Shown: positions 9,982-20,489, counted from the stretch's first letter. The stretch is DNA of 55,419 nt from Nitrosarchaeum sp. (GCA_009697485.1 SICY01000001.1:1-55419), one strand, 5' to 3'. Numbers and translations: made by a program. The notes: generated by a model not told the origin, from the letters alone.

Positions 9982-10571
9982 TGAGTTCTGATTCTGATAA
10001 TGAACCAATTGAAACCACATCTGATGTAACACCTGCATCTACTAAAGCAAGTCCTACTCCAGAAAAAGAAATTGAATTACCAAAATTTGAAAAAGGTCTT
10101 GCAGATAAAATTGTTGAAAAATTTGGCACTAGAATTAAAGTAGCATTTGTAAAACCAGATAGAGTTAGGATTAATGTTGGCAGAGATGATGTTAAAGAAG
10201 TGGCTGCATTTCTAAGAGATGTTCTAAATTTTGATCACGCTGAATCTGTATCAGGTGTAGACTATCCTCAGGACAAAGAAATTGAAGTGGTTTATCATTT
10301 AGGTTCCTACACTGATTCTTCACTATCAAGACAAATTCTTGTATTGGCAACCAGAGCACAAAGAGAAGAAAATCCAATTCCTGGAAACGATGCAACAAAA
10401 CTTCCTAGTCTTCGAGAAATATTTTATAGTGTAGAATTTCATGAAAGAGAGATTTTTGAAATGTTTGGGGTTTACTTTCAAGGTCATCCAGATAATCGAC
10501 GATTACTTTTGCCAGAAGATTGGGCAGATTTACCACCTCTAAGAAAGGACTTTGCAATTAAAGGAAGATAG
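9981..10571 (+). CDS. nuoC: Complex I subunit C
   Basis: EREIFEMFG, GHPDNRRLL, PLRKDF. Confidence 0.93.
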   Translation: MSSDSDNEPIETTSDVTPASTKASPTPEKEIELPKFEKGLADKIVEKFGTRIKVAFVKPDRVRINVGRDDVKEVAAFLRDVLNFDHAESVSGVDYPQDKEIEVVYHLGSYTDSSLSRQILVLATRAQREENPIPGNDATKLPSLREIFYSVEFHEREIFEMFGVYFQGHPDNRRLLLPEDWADLPPLRKDFAIKGR

Positions 10572-10573
10572 AG

Positions 10574-11710
10574 ATGAATAACGAATTACCGCCGGGACTT
10601 GCACTTCAGAAAGTAGATGAGAGAATTATGACTCTTAATGTTGGGCCACAACACCCAGGTTCTGGTCATATGAGAATTATTGTACAAATTGATGGTGACT
10701 TTATTGTTGCATGTGATCCTGATCCTGGTTATGTTCATCGCGGTGAAGAAAAGATGGCTGAATATAGAAATTACATTACAAACATTCCACATTTAGAAAG
10801 ACCCGTCATTCATGATTCTTGCAATATTTTATATCCATATGTTTTAGGGGTTGAAGAACTTCTTGGTATTGAAGTACCAGAACGAGCAAAATACATTCGA
10901 GTTATTGCATCTGAATTGAATAGATGTGTTTACACAATGTATTGGCTTGCAATCTATGGGATATTCTTAGGTCACTCTACAATGTTTATGTGGCCAGCAG
11001 GTGATCGTGAGTTACTAATTGATCTATTAGAAAAAATGACAGGAGCTAGAGTTACACATGCTCATTTTGTACCCGGTGGTGTAAGAAATGATTTGCCGCC
11101 AAACTTTGAAGATGTTTGTTTAAGACAAGTAAACTATTTTGAAAAACGAATCAAAGAATATGCGGCAATTTTCTATGACAATCCAATTTTAATTGCTAGA
11201 ACTGCTAATACTGGTGTTTTATCACGTCAAGATGCAATTCGATTAGGTACGACTGGTTCTGTTCTTCGTGCTAGCGGTGTTGACTATGATCTTAGAAAGA
11301 AGGAACCATATGATGTCTACGATGAATTAGATGTTCACAGTAATGTAATGAAGGAGGGAGATTCTTATGCAAGATCAAAAATTCCATGGCTTGATATGTT
11401 GGAAAGCTGTAACATAATTAGACAAGCATTACAAAAAATGCCAAAGTCTGGTTCTGTTAGAGTTAAACTAAAACCAAATCCAAAAGGAAAAGGACTTGAT
11501 TCAGTATACAAGCGTGTAGAATCAGGTAGAGGTTCATTGGGTTGCTATATCGTCTCTGATGGAAAACCTGAACCTTATAGATTAAAACTAAGTGTTGGTT
11601 CCTTTAGAAACTTAATTGCATTACCATATCTTCTCAAAGGGGAAAAACTCGGAAACATGCCAGCTGTATATTGGAGTCTTAATTACTGGCCAGTGGAGGC
11701 AGATAGATAA
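10574..11710 (+). CDS. nuoD: Complex I subunit D
   Basis: GPQHP, GYVHRGEEK, C-terminal EADR. Confidence 0.95.
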   Translation: MNNELPPGLALQKVDERIMTLNVGPQHPGSGHMRIIVQIDGDFIVACDPDPGYVHRGEEKMAEYRNYITNIPHLERPVIHDSCNILYPYVLGVEELLGIEVPERAKYIRVIASELNRCVYTMYWLAIYGIFLGHSTMFMWPAGDRELLIDLLEKMTGARVTHAHFVPGGVRNDLPPNFEDVCLRQVNYFEKRIKEYAAIFYDNPILIARTANTGVLSRQDAIRLGTTGSVLRASGVDYDLRKKEPYDVYDELDVHSNVMKEGDSYARSKIPWLDMLESCNIIRQALQKMPKSGSVRVKLKPNPKGKGLDSVYKRVESGRGSLGCYIVSDGKPEPYRLKLSVGSFRNLIALPYLLKGEKLGNMPAVYWSLNYWPVEADR

Positions 11711-13009
11711 ATGTCTGTCATTGCACCAAACTTCAAGTTTAGTGAATTTGTAAAGTCTATTTTAGATAATGTGTTTTGGATACTTCTTATCTTTGTATTA
11801 ATCGGTCTCCCAGCTGTTTTTATAATTTTATTCTACATTGAAATGCCTGTGATTAACGGTGAATTACTTACACCGTTTCTTGCATTAACATGGTTAGCAG
11901 ATCCTTCTAGAACTCTTCCAATTTTGAAAGCTTTCATGACTACTGATTTGTTTAAAATTGCTGCTTTCCCTGGATTTGGATTTGCAGCATTAATTGCAGC
12001 TGGAACGATCTTTATAGAAAGAAAAATGTTGGCAAAACTACAACTTCGAGTTGGTCCTTTCTATTGTGGAAAATTTGAAGGAATCTTACAATTAATGGGG
12101 GATGGACTAAAGCTAATCTCAAAAGAAATTATAATTCCTGCAAAAGCTGACAAGCCAATTTTCTGGGCAGCACCTATACTATTTGTCGCAACAGCTGCAG
12201 CGTTTGTTGCATTAATTCCAGTTGCACCAGGATGGGTGGTTGCAGATGTCGATGTTGGCTTAATTGCAGTATTTGCAATTATTGGATTTTTTCCAATCAT
12301 AACTATTCTTTCTGCATGGTCTTCAAACAGTAAATTCCCATTCATTGGTGGAATAAGAGCATTACATCAAATGGTGTCTTTTGAAATTCCATTAATTCTT
12401 TCATTATTGGGGGTGGTAATTCTTACAGGGACTCTGAATCTTTCTGAAATTGTTGCTAGTCAATCTAATTTTCCATGGATTGTATTTTTGCCAATTGGTG
12501 CAATTATTTTCTTTATTACGATATTAGCAGAATTAGAAAGAATTCCATTTGATTTACCAGAAGCAGAAAGTGAAATTGTTGCTGGTTGGTTAACTGAATT
12601 TTCTGGAATGATTTACGGTCTTGTTCAATTAGGAACATACTTGAAACTTTATGCATTTGCTGCATTGTTTGTTGTTTTATTCCTTGGTGGTTGGTCTGGA
12701 CCAATGATTTGGCCTCCTTTCCCTGAAGAAATTATCACTGATGGAATAGTAATGGGTCCAATCACTGCAAAAATTCCTGGCTTGCCAGTATTTTCACAAG
12801 AGATGCTAAACAGTGTTTTATGGTTTATAATAAAAACAGTAGGAGTAATCTTTTTCATTTTATTACCAAGAGGAGTTTTCCCAAGAATCAGAATTGATAT
12901 GTTATTGAGTCTTGGTTGGTACAAACTAATTGGACTTGCATTCGTTAACATCTTTATAGCACTCGGTTTGTTGTACGCTGGAGTCTTGGGACCTGGAGGA
13001 ATATTGTAA
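11711..13009 (+). CDS. nuoH: Complex I subunit H
   Basis: ERKMLAKLQLRVGP, DGLKLISKE, RIPFDLPEAESE, PRIRID. Confidence 0.95.
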   Translation: MSVIAPNFKFSEFVKSILDNVFWILLIFVLIGLPAVFIILFYIEMPVINGELLTPFLALTWLADPSRTLPILKAFMTTDLFKIAAFPGFGFAALIAAGTIFIERKMLAKLQLRVGPFYCGKFEGILQLMGDGLKLISKEIIIPAKADKPIFWAAPILFVATAAAFVALIPVAPGWVVADVDVGLIAVFAIIGFFPIITILSAWSSNSKFPFIGGIRALHQMVSFEIPLILSLLGVVILTGTLNLSEIVASQSNFPWIVFLPIGAIIFFITILAELERIPFDLPEAESEIVAGWLTEFSGMIYGLVQLGTYLKLYAFAALFVVLFLGGWSGPMIWPPFPEEIITDGIVMGPITAKIPGLPVFSQEMLNSVLWFIIKTVGVIFFILLPRGVFPRIRIDMLLSLGWYKLIGLAFVNIFIALGLLYAGVLGPGGIL

Positions 13010-13506
13010 TGAATACAGCTACTGGTATTATCAAGGCATTAAATTCAGGAATTAAGCATTTAGCCATTAAACGATTTACATTACGATATCCTGAAGAGAA
13101 ACTAAAGTTTGTTGGTGATGGTTATCAATTTGATCCATCCACCGGTGTTGGAATTGCAGGTCAAAAAGGCCGTCATATGTTATTTCATGATCATTGTACT
13201 GGCTGTCAGCTGTGTTCCATTGCATGTGAGGGAGTAGCAGAAGCAATTGCCATGGTAAAAGTTCCAGAAGAATACAAACATAATAAAAAAGCTATCATGC
13301 CACAAATTGATTATGGCAAATGTGTATTTTGTGGGTTATGTGTTGATGCATGCCCATTTTATGCATTGTACATGACAAATGATTATGAACTTTCTTCATT
13401 TAGCAAGGAAGGTTTGATTTACACACCAGCTCAACTTCAAGTGAAACCATTTGTTTCTCAAGATTCTGAAATAAAAATTACTAATCGAGGTGCAACACAT
13501 GGCTGA
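13009..13506 (+). CDS. nuoI: Complex I subunit I (2x[4Fe-4S])
   Basis: CTGCQLCSIAC and CVFCGLCVDACP. Confidence 0.95.
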   Translation: MNTATGIIKALNSGIKHLAIKRFTLRYPEEKLKFVGDGYQFDPSTGVGIAGQKGRHMLFHDHCTGCQLCSIACEGVAEAIAMVKVPEEYKHNKKAIMPQIDYGKCVFCGLCVDACPFYALYMTNDYELSSFSKEGLIYTPAQLQVKPFVSQDSEIKITNRGATHG

Positions 13507-14011
13507 TGCTATATTTCTTGCATTATCTGTAATTACAATTGGCTCTGCAATAGCTGCTTTGGAGATGAGATCTTTAATTTACGGTTCGATTGCTTTGATG
13601 GGAACCCTTGGCGGAATTGCAGGATTCTTTTTACTTTTGGACTCACCCTTTGTTGCAATGTTCCAACTAGCCGTCTATGTAGGTTCTATTGCAGTTTTGA
13701 TTTTGTTTACCGTCATGCTAGTAAAAAGAGAACTTATCTTCAAGAAAGTTGAAGATAAAAGAAGAAAATTTGTTGGCATTGCACTAATGCTAGTTTTTAT
13801 GGTTGCATTAGGTTCAATTATAATGAATTCTGGCATCAAAACAATAACTACTGATGAACCAGCAGTTGATTTTAGAAATATTGGTGCAGACTTTCTAACA
13901 TATTATTGGCCAGCTTTGATTTTAATGGCATTAATCTTAACAGGTTCAGTTACCGGTGCACTGATTTTAGCAAGAAGAGAAGATGTAGAAAATGACCAAC
14001 GAACTGATTGA
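13499..14011 (+). CDS. nuoJ: Complex I subunit J
   Basis: QLAVYVGSIAVLILF; ATG at 13499 preferred over GTG at 13490. Confidence 0.92.
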   Translation: MADAIFLALSVITIGSAIAALEMRSLIYGSIALMGTLGGIAGFFLLLDSPFVAMFQLAVYVGSIAVLILFTVMLVKRELIFKKVEDKRRKFVGIALMLVFMVALGSIIMNSGIKTITTDEPAVDFRNIGADFLTYYWPALILMALILTGSVTGALILARREDVENDQRTD

Positions 14012-14297
14012 TTTTGTTCTAGTGTCTGTTGCCCTTTTGGGTATTGGAATTTATGGTTTGTCTGTAAAGAGAAATGCCATTAGAATGTTATTTGCAGTTG
14101 AAATAATTATCAACGCCGCAAATCTTAACTTGGTTGCATTTGGAAGATTCTTACCACATAGTGGTGGTCAAACATTAGCATTATTTTCAATTGCAATCGC
14201 TGCAGCTGAAGTTGCAGTTGGACTTTCATTAATTATTGTAGCATATCGTATGTATCAGAATATTGACATTGCAGACTTTAGGAACTTGAAAGGATAA
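13992..14297 (+). CDS. nuoK: Complex I subunit K
   Basis: EIIINAANLN, AAAEVAVGL. Confidence 0.95.
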   Translation: MTNELIDFVLVSVALLGIGIYGLSVKRNAIRMLFAVEIIINAANLNLVAFGRFLPHSGGQTLALFSIAIAAAEVAVGLSLIIVAYRMYQNIDIADFRNLKG

Positions 14298-15850
14298 TGG
14301 AATATGCACTTTTACAGGCAGTTTTCTTGCCTTTACTATTATCTCCAATTGCCTACATAATTGGAAGAAAAATAGGTCCTACACCTGCAATGTGGTTTAC
14401 CTTTGGTATTCTGCTTTATGCTACCATATTGATTATTCTAGCTACATTAAGTGGTACCACCGAAGAACATTATCCGTGGACAGAACAATTCGGTGAATTT
14501 GGTTTCCTATTGGATGGTTTAGCATCTCCATTTGCTATTATGATTTACGTACTAAGTACAATCTTGGTACTTTATTCAAAACCATACATGATTCATAGAT
14601 TTCATGAACAATACGAGGAAGAACAACACGAAATCACATCAACTAGTGGTAATTCAACAATAATTGAATCCTCTTCTCTTTCAAACTATGTTAATGCCAA
14701 GTCTGGACTTTACTTTGCTCTTTATCTTGTATTTGCAATGGGAATGCTTGGCACTGTACTGTCTACAAACCTAATTGAATTTTATGTATTCTTTGAGATA
14801 ATGTTGATTCCTGGTTTCTTTTTGGTTGCTCTATGGGGTGCGGGTCCAAGAAGAAAAATTGGTTTAATGTTCTTGCTTTGGACTCATGCAGGTGCAGTTG
14901 TTTTACTATTAGGATTTTTAATGATTGGTCTTACAATTGGAAGTTTTGACTTTGCAGATATTCAAGAATCAGAAATTCCACAAGACATTCTAATGCTTTC
15001 AGCGATTGCAATTTCAATTGGCCTTGGAGTCAAATTGGCAGTATTCATGTTCCACATATGGCTTCCATGGGTTCATGGTTCTGCACCAACTCCAATTAGT
15101 GCATTACTATCCCCTGCAATGATCGGCATTGGTGCTTATGGTATTTTTAGATTAATTGTGGAATTTTTACCAAACACATTTGCCGACCTTTCAATTTGGT
15201 TCCATATTTGGGGTCTTGTTACAATGATTTACGGCGGTGCAATGGCACTAATGCAAGACGACATCAAACGATTACTTGCATATTCTAGTATCAGTCAAAT
15301 GGGTTACATTCTATTTGGAATTGGTTCCATGTCTGTACTTGGGTTATCTGGGGCTGAGATGATGTATGTCACACATGCACTTGGTAAAGGTATCCTCTTC
15401 ATGATGGCTGGAATTATAATTGTTAAAGTTGGTACTAGAAATATTTCTCAACTAGGTGGGTTAGCTGGTAAGATGCCAATAACTGCTGTTTGTGCAGTGA
15501 TTGGTGCATTGACAATTATGGGGGTGCCACCAACTAGTGGCTTTATGGGTGAATGGACCCTATTTTATGGAGCGTTAGAAACTGCTATTGAAGATGGTTC
15601 TACCGTTAGAGCCGTCACATTTGGTTTAGGTCTTGTTGCAACTGCACTAACAATGTCTTACATTCTTTGGATGCTAAAACGTGTATTCTTTGGAAAACTA
15701 CCAGAACACCTTGAGAATGTTAAAGAAGGAAGTTGGTATATGACTGCACCAATGATGGTACTTGCAGGATTTACAATAGTTCTAGGAATTTATCCTGACA
15801 TATTCTTTAATCAAATAATTCCATACATGAGTGGGGTAATAGGGGTTTAG
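14297..15850 (+). CDS. nuoM: Complex I subunit M
   Basis: FYVFFE, FHIWLPWVHGSAP, KRLLAYSSIS, GFMGE. Confidence 0.93.
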   Translation: MEYALLQAVFLPLLLSPIAYIIGRKIGPTPAMWFTFGILLYATILIILATLSGTTEEHYPWTEQFGEFGFLLDGLASPFAIMIYVLSTILVLYSKPYMIHRFHEQYEEEQHEITSTSGNSTIIESSSLSNYVNAKSGLYFALYLVFAMGMLGTVLSTNLIEFYVFFEIMLIPGFFLVALWGAGPRRKIGLMFLLWTHAGAVVLLLGFLMIGLTIGSFDFADIQESEIPQDILMLSAIAISIGLGVKLAVFMFHIWLPWVHGSAPTPISALLSPAMIGIGAYGIFRLIVEFLPNTFADLSIWFHIWGLVTMIYGGAMALMQDDIKRLLAYSSISQMGYILFGIGSMSVLGLSGAEMMYVTHALGKGILFMMAGIIIVKVGTRNISQLGGLAGKMPITAVCAVIGALTIMGVPPTSGFMGEWTLFYGALETAIEDGSTVRAVTFGLGLVATALTMSYILWMLKRVFFGKLPEHLENVKEGSWYMTAPMMVLAGFTIVLGIYPDIFFNQIIPYMSGVIGV

Positions 15851-15853
15851 TTT

Positions 15854-17932
15854 ATGGCAGCTGAAGTGTTAGGTTTGCCATTTGAAGTAGGTGCTGCAAG
15901 CGCTTGGTTAGTTTGGATACTGCCTTTTATTGCTGCATTGATAATGCCGGGAATTGGAAAAATATCAAAACATGCAACTGGATATGCAGCAGTTGGATTT
16001 GCTTTGATGAGTGCAATTTCTGCAGTATCTCTACTACCAATGGCATTGGAAGCACATGAAATTCATGATCAAATATCTTGGATTGATTCTATTGGTTTGA
16101 AAGCAGGTGTGCTAGCTGATCCACTTTCAATAATTATGGCAAATGTAGTTGGATGGATTTCATTTCTCATTATGATTTACAGTACCGGTTACATGAAAGG
16201 CGATAAATCAATCACAAGATTTTGGTTCTGGATGTTGTTCTTTATTGGTTCAATGCAATTAATTGTATTATCTGATAATTTGTTACAAGTATTCTTTGGT
16301 TGGGAAGGTGTAGGACTTGCCTCCTATGCATTGATTAGCTTTTGGTATCGTGATAAAAAGAAAGATCATGTTGGTACTGAAGGACGAACTGTTCTTGGTC
16401 TTTTAGATTATTATTCACCAACTCATGCCGGTATGAAAGCTTTCATCATGACAAAAGTTGGTGACGTTATGATGATTGCAGGTATGCTTTTGATATTTTT
16501 ATTTGCCGGAACATTTGGATTTAGAGAATTAATGCATGATACATCTTGGGCTACAACAATGTCTGCACAAGGTCTCTTAGTACCTGCATTCATTTTATTA
16601 TTTGGTGGTGCTGTTGGCAAATCGGCACAATTCCCACTAAATGAATGGCTCTTAGAGGCAATGACTGGTCCAACAGCAGTTTCTGCTTTAATCCATGCTG
16701 CAACAATGGTAAAAGCAGGTGTTTTCCTAGTTATGAGACTGGCACCGTTGGTTTTTGCTTTAAGCGCTGCTGGAATTCTAGCAGATCAATTCTTTGAAGT
16801 GATTCTACTCGTTGGTGCTACTACTGCCCTTCTCTTAGGACTTCAGGGTATGGTTAATTCTGAAATTAAAAAAGTACTTGCATACTCTACCGGTTCTCAG
16901 ATTGGTTATATGATGATGGTACTAGGCATTGCTGGATTATCACAACAATTTGTTAATGGCTATACCGCAGGTTTCTTTCATCTAATTTCACATGCGATGT
17001 TTAAGGCATCATTGTTCATGGCTGCCGGTTCATTACTACATGTTGTTGGTTCAAGATTCATGACTGATATGGGTGGATTACGCAAAAACATGAAAAAGAC
17101 TTATGTGTTTATGTGGGCTGCAGGTCTTGGATTAATGGGTGCACCATTTATCACAACTGGTTTCTGGAGTAAGGATTCTATCTTTGGCGCAGTTTACACA
17201 TCAGGACATGAATGGGCCATACCAATATTTGCAATTGCTGTATTGACTGCAGTAATAACTGCATTTTACACAACTCGAATGCTTGGATTGGTCTTCTATG
17301 GTTCAAAGAGTAAACATATTCAAAAAATGGAAGAAGAGGGACATCATATTCATGAAGCATCATTATCTATGTGGGTACCATATGGAATTCTTGCAGTACT
17401 AACAATTGCTATTGGTCTAGTTGGCTTATCGTTTGAAGGCGGACTGCATGAATTATTTACAGATTATCTTGAAGACTCATTTGGAATCCATTCTGTACAT
17501 AACGAAATTGAAAATTCAATATTGCCTGAATTCTTAGATGGAATTAATCCAGTTGCACTCGCTGCATCATTATCTGCTTTTGCAATTGGAACTGGATTAG
17601 GATATGTGTTCTATATTGGTAGATGGGTTGATCCTGTTAAATTTGTAAATTCAAATATTTTCTTTTATGCTATTCATAAAGTTATTCTAAATCGATTTTA
17701 TCTTAATGCAATTGTCTATTGGTGCTTTGTTGTAGCTCCATTATGGCTTTCAAGAGGAGTATTCAGATACTTTGAAAAGACTGTTATTGATTATGGAATG
17801 AATAATGGATTACAAAAAGCAGTTGGTTGGAGTGCCAAAGTAGTTCAAGGCACTCAAACTGGTGTAACCCAGTCTTATCTATTCGTATTTGGGGCAGGAT
17901 TGCTATTTGTAGTCCTGATATTGTTGATATAG
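15854..17932 (+). CDS. nuoL: Complex I subunit L
   Basis: WEGVG, GKSAQFPL..WL..AMTGPT.VSALIHAATMV, HAMFKA. Confidence 0.95.
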   Translation: MAAEVLGLPFEVGAASAWLVWILPFIAALIMPGIGKISKHATGYAAVGFALMSAISAVSLLPMALEAHEIHDQISWIDSIGLKAGVLADPLSIIMANVVGWISFLIMIYSTGYMKGDKSITRFWFWMLFFIGSMQLIVLSDNLLQVFFGWEGVGLASYALISFWYRDKKKDHVGTEGRTVLGLLDYYSPTHAGMKAFIMTKVGDVMMIAGMLLIFLFAGTFGFRELMHDTSWATTMSAQGLLVPAFILLFGGAVGKSAQFPLNEWLLEAMTGPTAVSALIHAATMVKAGVFLVMRLAPLVFALSAAGILADQFFEVILLVGATTALLLGLQGMVNSEIKKVLAYSTGSQIGYMMMVLGIAGLSQQFVNGYTAGFFHLISHAMFKASLFMAAGSLLHVVGSRFMTDMGGLRKNMKKTYVFMWAAGLGLMGAPFITTGFWSKDSIFGAVYTSGHEWAIPIFAIAVLTAVITAFYTTRMLGLVFYGSKSKHIQKMEEEGHHIHEASLSMWVPYGILAVLTIAIGLVGLSFEGGLHELFTDYLEDSFGIHSVHNEIENSILPEFLDGINPVALAASLSAFAIGTGLGYVFYIGRWVDPVKFVNSNIFFYAIHKVILNRFYLNAIVYWCFVVAPLWLSRGVFRYFEKTVIDYGMNNGLQKAVGWSAKVVQGTQTGVTQSYLFVFGAGLLFVVLILLI

Positions 17933-17945
17933 GAGATAATGTGAG

Positions 17946-19430
17946 ATGCTAGAAATCAGTTCAACTCCATTGGTAATAATTGCAATTCTTGGTACAGTGG
18001 GAGTTTTGTTACCTATAATCAGCATTGCCAGAAAAGAAAAAGATTCAAACTCATTTTATGCAGTTATTGCATTTGCTGCATTGATTGCATCAATTGGATA
18101 TGTTGCATATCAATTCCTCGCTGATAATATTCTTCCGTCTGCTCTGTTTTCTGAAGATGTACTTGTAGATGACGCATTTGGTGGATTCTTTGCAATCGCG
18201 ATGTTAATTGTTGCAATCTTCACTACAGTTGGCTCCTTTAATTACATGCGAAAAAAGAACTATCCTGCTGTTTACTATTCCTTAATACTCCTTTCAACAA
18301 TCGGTATGGTGTTAGTAGCATATTCTACTGATCTGGTGATGTTATTTGTTGCATGGGAGCTCATGAGCATTCCGACATACGTTCTTGTTGGATTTATGAA
18401 AAAGAATCCAAGCTCAAATGAAGCTGCACTAAAGTATTTCTTGTTTGGAGCATTATCATCTGCAATTATTGTTTATGGAATTTCATTATCCTATGGATTA
18501 ACTGGTTCAACAAATATTGGTGAAGTTATTCAGGGTTACTCTACTCTTGATCCTTCGTTATTGCCATTGGCATTGTTATCTGTTGGAATGTTTATTGCCG
18601 GATTTGGATTTAAAATGGGGCTGGTACCTTTCCATCAATGGTTGCCTGACACTTATGAAGGTGCACCTCCAACCATTACCACTTTACTTGCAGCTGGAAC
18701 AAAGAAAGCAGGATTTGCAGCAACAATTAGAATAGTTGTTTTGGGAATGGTTGTACTTAATCTTGATTGGACTTTAGCTCTTGGTATAATTGCAGTGATG
18801 ACGATGACCATTGGTAACATCGCTGCAATCATGCAAAAGAATCTTGCAAGGATGTTAGCATATTCTAGTATTGCTCATGCCGGCTACATTTTGATTGGAC
18901 TTGCAGTAGCTCCATACAGCTCTCTTGGTTTGCAAGGTTCTCTATACCAAATATTGAATCACGCAGTAATGAAAGGTGCTGCCTTCATAGCAGTTGCAGG
19001 AATAGTAACCACACTTGCAGTAACTAACATCGATAAACTCAAAGGACTTGGTAGAAGAATGCCTATTACATCACTTGGATTGGTAATCTCATTATTTGCT
19101 TTAGCTGGTGTACCTCCACTTGCTGGATTTTGGAGTAAAATAATGTTATTTGGTGGTGCATTGGATGCTGGTTCAACTATATGGTGGGCACCGTGGCTTG
19201 CAATAGCTGGAGTTCTAAACAGTGCTTTATCATTAGCTTACTATGGTTGGATCACAAGAAAAATGTACTTTGAAGGAGAAACTGAAAAAAGAATATCTGA
19301 ACCAAAGTCTGTAATTGCAATCATGATATTTTCAATAGTTTTCTTGGTAGGATTCGGTGTATATCCAGATCCAATTATTAAATTTGTAGAATTTGCTGCA
19401 CCAACGATTAGCTTAGGTATTATGCCTTAA
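17946..19430 (+). CDS. nuoN: Complex I subunit N
   Basis: EAALKYF, FKMGLVPFHQWLPDTYEGAP, RMLAYSSIAHAG. Confidence 0.95.
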   Translation: MLEISSTPLVIIAILGTVGVLLPIISIARKEKDSNSFYAVIAFAALIASIGYVAYQFLADNILPSALFSEDVLVDDAFGGFFAIAMLIVAIFTTVGSFNYMRKKNYPAVYYSLILLSTIGMVLVAYSTDLVMLFVAWELMSIPTYVLVGFMKKNPSSNEAALKYFLFGALSSAIIVYGISLSYGLTGSTNIGEVIQGYSTLDPSLLPLALLSVGMFIAGFGFKMGLVPFHQWLPDTYEGAPPTITTLLAAGTKKAGFAATIRIVVLGMVVLNLDWTLALGIIAVMTMTIGNIAAIMQKNLARMLAYSSIAHAGYILIGLAVAPYSSLGLQGSLYQILNHAVMKGAAFIAVAGIVTTLAVTNIDKLKGLGRRMPITSLGLVISLFALAGVPPLAGFWSKIMLFGGALDAGSTIWWAPWLAIAGVLNSALSLAYYGWITRKMYFEGETEKRISEPKSVIAIMIFSIVFLVGFGVYPDPIIKFVEFAAPTISLGIMP

Positions 19431-20271
19431 ACGTTGTAAATTTTATAAGATTATCCAAATTCATTTTTGCATCACTATCTGAAATTTTTCTTAAACTTGC
19501 TCTAGCCTTGTCAGAATATTTTTTTAAAAGTTCTTCCATTTTATTGAAAACATCTCTTGGATCAGAACTTTTCTTGATCAGTAAATTAAATAATTTATCT
19601 TCATTCTTCCAGTCAAACAAATCATCTCTTATTTGATATGCAATTCCTATATTTTTTCCATATTCTGTTAGTGCTTCTATTTCTTCTTCACTACCATTTG
19701 CAATAATTGCACCTATTCTTGCAGCCACTTCAAATGCAGTAGCAGTTTTGTATTCAATTACTTTGAGATAATCATCAAAAGTAACATCTTCACTAGTTTC
19801 TAATCTGCTTTCTATCATTTCTCCTTCACTCATCAGCATTGCTGTTGTTGCCAAATCCTTTGTTATTCTTGCATTGTCTAATCTTGAAGAAATTGCAAGA
19901 ATTAATCCCAAAACAAAATCTCCTGTTAGTACACTTGTGTTATACCCATATTTGATATGAAATGGTTCTTTTTGCCTTCGCATTGTTTCGTTATCTATAA
20001 TGTCATCATGTATGATAGATTCCATATGTAAAAATTCTACAGCACATGATGCTGCCAATGTATTATCATCAATTTTTCCTACGCTTTCGGCAGCCAAAAC
20101 TAAGATAATTGGTCTAATGCGTTTTCCACCCTCTAAGGAATATTTTAGTGGTTCAATGAATTCTGATTCTGAATATAGCGATAATTCTCTATCTAATGCC
20201 TGATTGATTTTATCGATATACTTACTATATGTTTCAAGTAAAGGATTAATCTCGATATTTTTCCTGTCCAA
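19420..20271 (-). CDS. Polyprenyl diphosphate synthase (probably medium-chain)
   Basis: GGKRIRP, FARM HDDIIDNETMRR, KTA, YQIRDD. Confidence 0.9.
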   Translation of the reverse strand: MDRKNIEINPLLETYSKYIDKINQALDRELSLYSESEFIEPLKYSLEGGKRIRPIILVLAAESVGKIDDNTLAASCAVEFLHMESIIHDDIIDNETMRRQKEPFHIKYGYNTSVLTGDFVLGLILAISSRLDNARITKDLATTAMLMSEGEMIESRLETSEDVTFDDYLKVIEYKTATAFEVAARIGAIIANGSEEEIEALTEYGKNIGIAYQIRDDLFDWKNEDKLFNLLIKKSSDPRDVFNKMEELLKKYSDKARASLRKISDSDAKMNLDNLIKFTTFKA

Positions 20272-20314
20272 GATTGGGCCTATTCAAAAAACTTTCTCAT
20301 TAGTAATTAAATCT

Positions 20315-20408
20315 TGGTGCTCCAGCCGGGATTTTCATCGTTAGATTTTGAACCCGGGATCACTGCCTTGAAAGGGCAGTATGCTTGACCGGTCTACACC
20401 ACTGGAAC
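20315..20408 (-). tRNA. tRNA-Glu(UUC) with a 15-nt T-loop intron (20332..20346) and encoded CCA
   Basis: Acceptor GTTCCAG/CTGGAGC, anticodon arm CTGCC-CT TTC AA-GGCAG, T-stem CCGGG/CCCGG around a 22-nt loop that forms a BHB. Confidence 0.93.
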
Positions 20409-20489
20409 CCAACAAAATTGGGTAATTTGTCCATAAAATCTTTTGTAAACCACACAAAGATTTTTTATTGGCAAATTGGAAGATGTGAT

